Under the pieces are notes generated by a model. The model worked only from the letters and a program-made list of their open reading frames with translations. It made no database searches and was not told where the DNA came from. DNA of 57,838 nucleotides from Candidatus Dormiibacterota bacterium (lineage in GTDB: Bacteria > Chloroflexota > Dormibacteria > Aeolococcales > Aeolococcaceae). The DNA lies in contig DAIQQM010000001.1 in the NCBI GenBank assembly GCA_036786805.1, positions 1-57,838 of the forward strand, given 5' to 3'. Both the position numbers and the translations under genes were made by a program. This document shows, in pieces, positions 36,376-43,905 of the stretch (within the stretch, counting starts at the first letter, position 1; each line of letters begins with the position of its first letter).

Positions 36376-38540
36376 CCGAGCTCGCAACCGCAACCCTGGC
36401 CGACGGAAGTCAGGACATCGACCGCGCCGCGGCGGACCTGGCGGCGCGGCTGCCGTCGCCGCTCGAGCCGCTGGCCCGGCTCGCCTACAACTACGCGTGG
36501 TCGTGGTGGCCGGGCGGAGACGACGTGTTCCGGATGGTCGACGCGGCGCGCTGGGAGTCGAGCAACCACAACCCGATTCGCCTGCTCGACGAGACCTCGT
36601 CCGCGACGCTCGAGCGTGCGGCGGCGGACCCGACCCTGCTGGCGCGGCTCGCCCGGCTGCTCGAGGCCCTCGATCACGAGCTGACCCGCCCGCCCATGGA
36701 CGGCAAGGCGACACCGGTCCGCCCTGTGGCGTTCCTGTGTGCCGAGTTCGCCGTGCACCGGTCCCTCCCGATCTACGCGGGCGGTCTCGGCGTCCTCGCC
36801 GGTGACATCCTCAAGCAGGCGTCCGACATGGCGATGCCCATGGTCGGTGTCGGCCTCCTCTACCGACAGGGCTACTTCCAGCAGCGCATGGACCGATCCG
36901 GATACCAGCTCGAGTACTGGCTCCAGGTCGACCCCGAGCGTGTTCCTGCCGCTCTTGTCTATAACGGCGGATCGCCGCTCACCGTGACCGTGCCGCTGCG
37001 CGGCCGCGACGTCGTGGTGCAGGTATGGCGGCTCGACATCGGGCGCACGCCGCTCTACCTCCTCGACGCCCGCCGCCCCGAGAACTCTGCCATCGACCAG
37101 TGGATCACCAGCCGCCTCTACGTGGCCGACAGGCCGACCCGGCTCGCCCAGTACGCGCTCCTCGGGATCGGCTCGATGCGGGTCCTCGACGCGATGGGAC
37201 TGGATCCGTGCGTGGTCCACCTCAACGAGGGACACGCGGGGCTTGCCCCCCTCGAGATGGCCCGGCGGGAGATGGCGCTCGGTCGCTCGCGCCACGAGGC
37301 ATTCACCGCCGCGCGCGAGAAGACCGTGTTCACGACCCACACACCGGTGAGCGCCGGCAACGAGGGGTACGACGTCAGCGAGATCGTCGAGGTCCTCGGC
37401 GACTACCCGGAGCAGGCGGGACTCGACCTCGAGGGATTCCTCCACCTCGGCCGCACCCGGCCGGACAACCCCCACGAGCAGTTCGTCATGACGCCGCTCG
37501 GCATCAAGATGAGCCGTTCTCGCAACGGTGTGAGCCGCCGCCACGGCGAGGTTGCCCGCCAGATGTGGCAGGCACTCTTCCCCGAGCGACCCGCCGACAC
37601 GGTGCCGATCGGACACGTGACCAACGGGGTGCACGTCCCGACCTGGATGGCGCCGCGCATGCGCGAGCTGCTCGACCGCCATCTCGGCGCCGGCTGGGAG
37701 GCGCGCGCCGCGGACCCGGACACCTGGCGCGGTGTCGACGACATCCCGGACGCCGAGCTCTGGGAGGTGCGCAACGCATTGCGATCGGACTTCGTGCAGG
37801 AGGTGCGGGTGCGCAGCGTCGCCAACCGGCTGGCACGCGACGAGCCGCGCTGGTACGTGGAGGCCGCCGAGCACGGGTTCGACGAGCACGCCCTGACCTT
37901 CGGCTTCGCGCGCCGCCTGGCCGGGTACAAGCGCATCCAGCTGCTGACGCTCGACACGCAGCGGGTCACGGCGGTGCTCGAGAACAAGGAGCGACCGGCG
38001 CAGATGATCCTCGCCGGCAAGGCGCATCCTCATGACGAGGAGGGCAAGCACGCCGCCCAGGGGCTGTTCACCTTCGAACGGGAGCCTGCGGCGATGAGCC
38101 GCGTCGCGTTCCTCGACAACTACAGCCTGTCGACAGCCGACCGCATGGTGGCGGGATGCGACGTCTGGATCAACGTCCCCCGGCCGCCACTCGAGGCAAG
38201 CGGCACCAGCGGCATGAAGGCGGCGCTCAACGGCGGCCTCAACCTCTCGGTCCTCGACGGATGGTGGGCTGAGGCGTACAACGGCAGCAACGGGTGGGCA
38301 ATCCCCGGCGACATCCTCTTCGACCACGCGATGCAGGACTCGCGTGACGCGGCAACGCTCTTCGACATCATCGAGCACGAGGTGGTGCCGCTCTTCTACC
38401 AGCGCGACGAGCAGGGCATCCCGCGCGGGTGGGTCGAGCGTATGCGCGCATCGCTGCGGACCAACGGGCCGCGATTCTCAGCCGCGCGGATGATGCGCGA
38501 TTACGCGCAGGACGTCTACAACCTGACCCCCTCACGTTAG
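36372..38540 (+). CDS. glgP: Alpha-glucan (glycogen/maltodextrin) phosphorylase, GT35 short bacterial type
   Basis: 722 aa. IYAGGLGVLAGD near the N-terminus and EASGTSGMKAALNG (PLP lysine). ATGA overlap with rpe. Confidence 0.9.
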   Translation: MTELATATLADGSQDIDRAAADLAARLPSPLEPLARLAYNYAWSWWPGGDDVFRMVDAARWESSNHNPIRLLDETSSATLERAAADPTLLARLARLLEALDHELTRPPMDGKATPVRPVAFLCAEFAVHRSLPIYAGGLGVLAGDILKQASDMAMPMVGVGLLYRQGYFQQRMDRSGYQLEYWLQVDPERVPAALVYNGGSPLTVTVPLRGRDVVVQVWRLDIGRTPLYLLDARRPENSAIDQWITSRLYVADRPTRLAQYALLGIGSMRVLDAMGLDPCVVHLNEGHAGLAPLEMARREMALGRSRHEAFTAAREKTVFTTHTPVSAGNEGYDVSEIVEVLGDYPEQAGLDLEGFLHLGRTRPDNPHEQFVMTPLGIKMSRSRNGVSRRHGEVARQMWQALFPERPADTVPIGHVTNGVHVPTWMAPRMRELLDRHLGAGWEARAADPDTWRGVDDIPDAELWEVRNALRSDFVQEVRVRSVANRLARDEPRWYVEAAEHGFDEHALTFGFARRLAGYKRIQLLTLDTQRVTAVLENKERPAQMILAGKAHPHDEEGKHAAQGLFTFEREPAAMSRVAFLDNYSLSTADRMVAGCDVWINVPRPPLEASGTSGMKAALNGGLNLSVLDGWWAEAYNGSNGWAIPGDILFDHAMQDSRDAATLFDIIEHEVVPLFYQRDEQGIPRGWVERMRASLRTNGPRFSAARMMRDYAQDVYNLTPSR

Positions 38541-38554
38541 GGGGTCGACATTCC

Positions 38555-39889
38555 CTAGTGGTGCGCCGTCGGAGTGGGCAGGATGGCGCTCGGTGTCGCC
38601 GCCGATGAGGTGGGGGTCGGATTCGGTGCGATCGTGATCGGCATGGTGTTCGGTGGCGGCGTCGGCGTGGCGGTTGGAGACGGCATCGGGGTCGGGGTGT
38701 CCGTCGCGGCCCCCGCGGTGTCGATGCTGGTCGGCACACCCTCGCCGGCCGGCGCCGTGCCCGCGGTGGCACTGAAGACCGGCCCCGGCGGCGGCGTCGG
38801 CGAATCCTGCACGCCGGGCCCGCCCAGCGCCTGCACCGCGAGGATGACCATGACCACGAGCGCGACCACCGCCGCGCCCGCGATCGACCAGACCTTCCAG
38901 CCGACACCGCCCGGACGCACTTCGTCGGCCGCCTCGGGGAAGGCGATATCCGGGAGGGGCGTGTCGTCGAGGTCGTCCATGACCTCGACCTCGGGCGCCG
39001 GGGTGACCGGGTGCGCGAGTCGCTCCGCGACGGCCGTCGCCAGCCACACGCGCCCCTGGTCACGCCAGGCAGCCCCGAGGAACGCCGCGCCGGCGATCTC
39101 GACGTCGCGTCGGAAGATCGCCGCGGAGGCCGGGCGGTCGCGTGGATCCTTCGCCAGCCCGCGGATCACCAACTCTCGGGCCAGGAGCGGCACCGCCTCG
39201 CTCGGGAGCGCCGCGTGGGTGTGCTGGACGCCCAGCCCGGTGAGATCGGTGCCGAGGTAGGGCGGGCGTCCGGTGAGCGAGTCGACCAGCGCGCCCGCCG
39301 CGGCATAGAGGTCGGTGGCGACCGTGTGCGGCCTCCCCGCCCACAGCTCCGGCGCCATGTACTGCGGAGTCCCGGCGCGCCACCCGCGACGTAGTGGTGG
39401 TGCCGGGACGCCGGCGTCCCGGAGGATCGCGGCGCCCCCGGTGTCGAGCAGGATCGCGTCGGGGGTCACGTCCCTATGGACGATCCCGGCCGCGTGCAGG
39501 GCGTCGAGAGCGGCGAGGCAGTCGTCGAACACGACCAGCGCCGCAGTCGGGGCCAGGGGGCCGGAGACGCCGACCAGGTGACCGAGCGTGATCCCGTCGA
39601 CCCACTCGTAGACCACGGCCGTGGTGCGGTCGTCGAAGGCGATGACGGAGAGCAAGTGCTGGTGGCGCAACGCCACGAGCACACCCATGTCGTGGCGGAT
39701 CTGTCGTCGATACGCGGGGTCCGTCGTCAGAGCCGGGCTGAGCAGGCGGACCACCACCTGCGATCCGGTGGTGGTGTCGTGAGCGTCGACGAGCGCACCG
39801 GCGCGGTCGACGCTGATCCCCCGATCCAGTGTGTAGCCGGGAACGTGTGCGCGCGACCCGGCGGCGTCGCGAGCTCCAGCCTGGTCCAT
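38555..39889 (-). CDS. Membrane-anchored Hanks-type Ser/Thr kinase homologue with degenerate catalytic motifs (predicted pseudokinase) and an extracellular Pro/Thr-rich tail
   Basis: The kinase fold is recognisable (HRD, MAPE, DLYAAAGALVDSLTGRPPY). Beta3 reads VVVRLL (Lys replaced by Arg). The G-loop is GISVDRAG. The catalytic loop is HRDVTPDAILL (no Lys, no Asn). DFG reads DAG. One TM helix (VWSIAGAAVVALVVMVILAV), then a PT-rich tail. Confidence 0.85.
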   Translation of the reverse strand: MDQAGARDAAGSRAHVPGYTLDRGISVDRAGALVDAHDTTTGSQVVVRLLSPALTTDPAYRRQIRHDMGVLVALRHQHLLSVIAFDDRTTAVVYEWVDGITLGHLVGVSGPLAPTAALVVFDDCLAALDALHAAGIVHRDVTPDAILLDTGGAAILRDAGVPAPPLRRGWRAGTPQYMAPELWAGRPHTVATDLYAAAGALVDSLTGRPPYLGTDLTGLGVQHTHAALPSEAVPLLARELVIRGLAKDPRDRPASAAIFRRDVEIAGAAFLGAAWRDQGRVWLATAVAERLAHPVTPAPEVEVMDDLDDTPLPDIAFPEAADEVRPGGVGWKVWSIAGAAVVALVVMVILAVQALGGPGVQDSPTPPPGPVFSATAGTAPAGEGVPTSIDTAGAATDTPTPMPSPTATPTPPPNTMPITIAPNPTPTSSAATPSAILPTPTAHH

Positions 39890-39961
39890 TCGACGTCAGT
39901 ATGCCGTGACAAAAGCGCGGTGGAGTGGAGTCTGCTCACGGGATGCGGCACCGCCGGGCAC

Positions 39962-39967
39962 TAGAAT
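39962..39967 (+). promoter_or_regulatory. Candidate -10 box (TAGAAT) for a leaderless cystathionine beta-synthase transcript
   Basis: TAGAAT ends 9 nt before the GTG start at 39977. No Shine-Dalgarno sequence fits in between. No convincing -35. Confidence 0.3.
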
Positions 39968-39976
39968 GACCGGGAA

Positions 39977-41347
39977 GTGGAGTACGTCGAGAGCATCCTC
40001 GACCTGGTCGGCAACACCCCGTTGGTCCGGCTGAGCAAGGTCACCGAGGGGCTCCGGCCTCTGATCCTGGCCAAGCTCGAGCAGCTCAACCCGGGTGGCA
40101 GCGTCAAGGATCGTATCGGCCTCTCCATGCTCGAGGACGCCGAACGCCGCGGCCTGCTCCGCCCGGGCGGCACGGTGGTCGAGCCCACGTCCGGCAACAC
40201 CGGGCACGGACTCGCCATGGCCGCGGCCATCAAGGGCTACAAGATGATCTTCGTGATGCCCGACAAGATGTCGGCGGAAAAGATCGCCCTGCTGCGCGCC
40301 TACGGCGCCGAGGTGGTCATCTGCCCCACCAATGTCGAGCGAGAATCCCCGCAGTCGTATTACTCCGTCGCCGACCGTCTGACCCGCGAGGTGCCCGGCG
40401 CTTTCCAGCCCAACCAGTACTTCAATCCGCGAAACCCCGAGTCGCACTACCAAACCACCGGCCCGGAGATCTGGCGGCAGACCGACGGCAGGATCACGAC
40501 GTTCGTCGCCGGCGTCGGCACCGGCGGCACCATCAGTGGTGTCGGCAAGTACCTCAAGGAGCAGAACCCCGCGGTCCGGGTGATCGGCGCCGACCCCGAG
40601 GGATCGATCTACAGCGGCGACATCGCGCCCTACAAGGTCGAGGGTGTGGGCGAGGACTTCTGGCCGGGCACCTTCGACCGCGACATCGTCGACGAGTTCA
40701 TCCAGGTCACCGATCGCGAGTCCTTCGTGGCCGCCCGGAAGCTCGCGCGCCAGGAGGGGATCCTGGTCGGCGGGTCGGCGGGCCTCGCGCTTCACGCCGC
40801 GATCCAGGTCGCCGTCGACTCCAAGCCGGACGACGTGATCGTGGTGCTGCTCCCCGACACCGGCCGCAACTACCTGAGCAAATTCTTCTCCGACGAGTGG
40901 ATGCGCCAGAACGGCTACCTGCAGCGGCTCGTGCCCGCACGGGTGCGCGAGGTCATCGATTCGCACTCCGACGGCGTTCCCGAGCTCGTCAGCGTCGGCG
41001 CGGGCAGGTCGGTCGGCGAGGCGATCGACCTCATGCAGCAATACGGGATCTCGCAGCTGCTCGTCACCGAGAACGGGAGCGCGGCGGGGGGTGGCGTGGT
41101 CGGGAGCATCCAGGAGCGAACCCTCCTGGATCGCATCTACCGCGATCCCGCGGTGGTCACGACCTCGGTGTCGACGGCGATGGATCCGCCCTTCGCGCGC
41201 GTCGCGGCGGGCGCTCCCATCGAGGAGGCGTTCGAGGCGCTCCTCGGCGGCGAGCCCGCGCTGATGATCGTCGACGGTGATCTCCCGGTCGGGGTCATCA
41301 CGAGAAGCGACCTGCTCGAGTTCGTCGCCCGGCGCGGACGCAGCTGA
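39977..41347 (+). CDS. cbs: Cystathionine beta-synthase (PLP domain plus C-terminal CBS pair)
   Basis: NPGGSVKDRIG (PLP lysine), GTGGTISG, C-terminal CBS pair. Confidence 0.92.
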   Translation: MEYVESILDLVGNTPLVRLSKVTEGLRPLILAKLEQLNPGGSVKDRIGLSMLEDAERRGLLRPGGTVVEPTSGNTGHGLAMAAAIKGYKMIFVMPDKMSAEKIALLRAYGAEVVICPTNVERESPQSYYSVADRLTREVPGAFQPNQYFNPRNPESHYQTTGPEIWRQTDGRITTFVAGVGTGGTISGVGKYLKEQNPAVRVIGADPEGSIYSGDIAPYKVEGVGEDFWPGTFDRDIVDEFIQVTDRESFVAARKLARQEGILVGGSAGLALHAAIQVAVDSKPDDVIVVLLPDTGRNYLSKFFSDEWMRQNGYLQRLVPARVREVIDSHSDGVPELVSVGAGRSVGEAIDLMQQYGISQLLVTENGSAAGGGVVGSIQERTLLDRIYRDPAVVTTSVSTAMDPPFARVAAGAPIEEAFEALLGGEPALMIVDGDLPVGVITRSDLLEFVARRGRS

Positions 41348-41352
41348 CCGGC

Positions 41353-42504
41353 GTGGACCATCGAACCCACGGTCTGGCCACGCGCGCCCTCCATGTCGGG
41401 CAGGGACCGGATCCCGCGACGGGCGCAGTGGTCGTCCCGATCCACCTCGCCACCACGTTCGCGCAGGAGTCGCCCGGGCGGCACAGGGGATTCGAGTACT
41501 CGCGTTCCGGGAACCCGACGCGCGCCAACCTGGAGGAGTGCCTCGCGTCGCTCGAAGGCGCGGCGCACGGTCTCGCCTTCTCGTCCGGCCTCGCAGCAAC
41601 GGCGACCGTGATGCTCTTGCTCGAGCCCGGTGACCACGTGGTCTTCACCGAGGACGTGTACGGGGGCACGTTCCGCCTCTTCGACAAGGTCTTCCGGCGC
41701 TACGGGCTGACCTTCACGTCGGTCGATCCGACTGACCCCGATGCCGTGGCAGCGGCGATGACCGATCGCACGCGAATGGTCTGGCTCGAGTCACCGACCA
41801 ATCCCCTCCTCCGCGTCGTCGACCTCGACGCGATGAGCGAGCTCGTGCACGGAGCCGGCGCGCTGGTCGCGGTCGACAGCACGTTCGCGAGCCCGGTGCT
41901 GCAGCGCCCCCTCGAGCTCGGCGCGGACCTGGTGATCCACAGCTCGACGAAATTCCTCGGCGGCCACAGCGACGTGCTCGGGGGAGCGGTGCTCACCTCT
42001 GACGACGAGCTCGCGGAACGGATGCGCTTTCACCAGAACGCGGTGGGCGCGGTGCCGTCGCCGTTCGACTGCTGGCTGCTGCTCCGCGGGTTGAAGACGC
42101 TGCAGCTGCGCGTGATCCGTCAGTGCGACAACGCGCTGGCGATCGCCCGATGGCTCGAGGGCCAGGATGCCGTGACCCGGGTGTACTACCCGGGACTGGA
42201 GCGCAACCCGGGTCACGCGCTTGCCAGGCGACAGATGGGCGGCCACTACGGGGGTGTCGTGTCCTTCGAGGTCTCGTCGGGCGATGCCGCGCGTTCCTTT
42301 CTGGAACGGCTGCGCGTGTTCACCCTCGCCGAGTCACTCGGCGCCGTGGAATCGCTCGCCGAGAGTCCCGCGATGATGACCCACGCGTCCATCCCGGAAG
42401 AGATGCGGACGCGGGTCGGCGTCAGCGACGCGCTGCTGCGCCTGTCCGTCGGTATTGAGGACGTCGACGACTTAGTGGCCGACCTGGAGCAGGCGCTGGC
42501 GTAG
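41353..42504 (+). CDS. Cystathionine gamma-lyase/synthase family PLP enzyme
   Basis: YSRSGNPT and [12 protein letters not shown] (PLP lysine). Directly follows cbs. Confidence 0.92.
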   Translation: MDHRTHGLATRALHVGQGPDPATGAVVVPIHLATTFAQESPGRHRGFEYSRSGNPTRANLEECLASLEGAAHGLAFSSGLAATATVMLLLEPGDHVVFTEDVYGGTFRLFDKVFRRYGLTFTSVDPTDPDAVAAAMTDRTRMVWLESPTNPLLRVVDLDAMSELVHGAGALVAVDSTFASPVLQRPLELGADLVIHSSTKFLGGHSDVLGGAVLTSDDELAERMRFHQNAVGAVPSPFDCWLLLRGLKTLQLRVIRQCDNALAIARWLEGQDAVTRVYYPGLERNPGHALARRQMGGHYGGVVSFEVSSGDAARSFLERLRVFTLAESLGAVESLAESPAMMTHASIPEEMRTRVGVSDALLRLSVGIEDVDDLVADLEQALA

Positions 42505-43675
42505 CCTCGCGCGGCGGCGCACCCAGCTTCCACTCGCCCGTCGTCAGCAGCAGCGTGCCGTCGATCTCGGGAAGCGCCGGGGCACCGAGGCGGCGCAACT
42601 TGCGCCACTGCTCGCCGTCCTCCTCGCTGAGGAAGGTGATGGCCCTGCCCTCGTTGCCGTTGCGCGCCGTGCGACCGACGCGATGCGTGAGCCACTGGGG
42701 CGTCTCGGGAAGCTCGAAGTTGATGACCAGCCCGACGTTCACCACGTCGATGCCGCGGGCCGCGACGTTGGTGGCGACCAGGACCTCGGTCCGGTTGGCA
42801 CGGAACGAATCGAGCGCGCGATCACGCGCATTCTGCGACAGGTTGCCCTGCAGCTCTCCTGCGGTGTGGCCCATGCGAAGCAGGTCGCGGACCAGCTTCT
42901 TGGCGCCGTGCTTGGTGCGGTGAAAGACGATCGTCTGGTTCAGCTCGGTGGCCCGCTGGCGGCGCAACAGCCGGGAGAGGGCATCGATCTTCTGCGCCTT
43001 CACGACGCTCATGACGCCGTGTTCGAGCGCGGGCACCTGTTCGTTCACGACGCGCACCCGGTCGGGCTCGTACAGATGCTTGGTGATCATGCGCTGCACC
43101 CAGTCGGGCATGGTCGCCGACGCGAGCACCGTCTGCCGGCGCGCGCTGCTGTTGAACGGCGGACACATCGAGATGATCTTCTCGACATCCTTGGCAAATC
43201 CCTGGTCGAGCATCTCGTCGGCCTCGTCGAGGACCAGGTACTCGATGTCACGGAGCCGCGCGAGCCCGTTGCTGGCGAGGTCCAGGAGGCGTCCCGGACA
43301 CCCGACGATCACGTCCGGCGCATTGCGCAGACCGCCGGTCTGAGGCCCGTACCCGACGCCGCCGATGCACACCACGGTGCGCAGGGCCGGATCGACCGTG
43401 CGGATCACCGCGTTCACCTGGGTGGCGAGCTCACGGGTGGGGGTCACGATCAGCGCTCTCGCGCCGTGCCCCTGATGCCCGGCGAGTCGCTCGACCAGGG
43501 GGACGACATACGCGAGCGTCTTGCCGGACCCGGTCGGGGCCTCGATGACGCAGTCGCGGCGTGCCAGCAGCGGCGGGATCGCCTCCTGCTGGACGGTGTT
43601 CGGCTCTGTGAAACCGCTCAGGCCGAGAGCGGCGGACGTGCGCGGGCGCACGCCGATGGATTCAAACGTTGTCAA
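42422..43675 (-). CDS. DEAD-box ATP-dependent RNA helicase
   Basis: F..IG Q-motif region, APTGSGKT, VLDEADEML, SAT, HRVGRTAR. Start placed at TTG 43675 (GAGG 7 nt upstream). The track ATG at 43846 would add 57 non-conserved aa. Confidence 0.88.
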   Translation of the reverse strand: MTTFESIGVRPRTSAALGLSGFTEPNTVQQEAIPPLLARRDCVIEAPTGSGKTLAYVVPLVERLAGHQGHGARALIVTPTRELATQVNAVIRTVDPALRTVVCIGGVGYGPQTGGLRNAPDVIVGCPGRLLDLASNGLARLRDIEYLVLDEADEMLDQGFAKDVEKIISMCPPFNSSARRQTVLASATMPDWVQRMITKHLYEPDRVRVVNEQVPALEHGVMSVVKAQKIDALSRLLRRQRATELNQTIVFHRTKHGAKKLVRDLLRMGHTAGELQGNLSQNARDRALDSFRANRTEVLVATNVAARGIDVVNVGLVINFELPETPQWLTHRVGRTARNGNEGRAITFLSEEDGEQWRKLRRLGAPALPEIDGTLLLTTGEWKLGAPPREATPAPAPGRPLSRRRPQYRRTGAAARR

Positions 43676-43905
43676 CCGTGTTACCTCGGGACCCGGGTCA
43701 TTCCCGTTATCCCAGAATCCCCTCGCTGGACTGTCGTGTGCCGGATTCTTGAGACCCGCCGTTGACCGGCGGAGAGAGGGTTCACCAAGAGGCATGGCTC
43801 GCCGATGCGCGAGCACTTGCCAAGACAGTACCACAGGTTGGTGCAAAGACAGCAGGACAGTAACAGAGGCGGTTTCCGGCGCCCGGGTGTATATCCTCGC
43901 TTCGA

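Noticed and set aside
36198-38378. 726-aa - strand ORF, the longest antisense ORF in the window.
   Set aside because: It is exactly antisense to glgP, which has the PLP-lysine motif EASGTSGMKAALNG. Nothing in the antisense protein is recognisable. A stop-free antisense frame of this kind is an expected artefact at this GC content.
38560-38800. Repetitive-looking GGC/GTC/GGG-rich DNA that could be mistaken for a tandem repeat or array.
   Set aside because: It encodes the Pro/Thr-rich extracellular tail of the pseudokinase (..TPTPMPSPTATPTPPPNT..). There are no regular repeat units or spacers, so it is not a CRISPR array or a VNTR.
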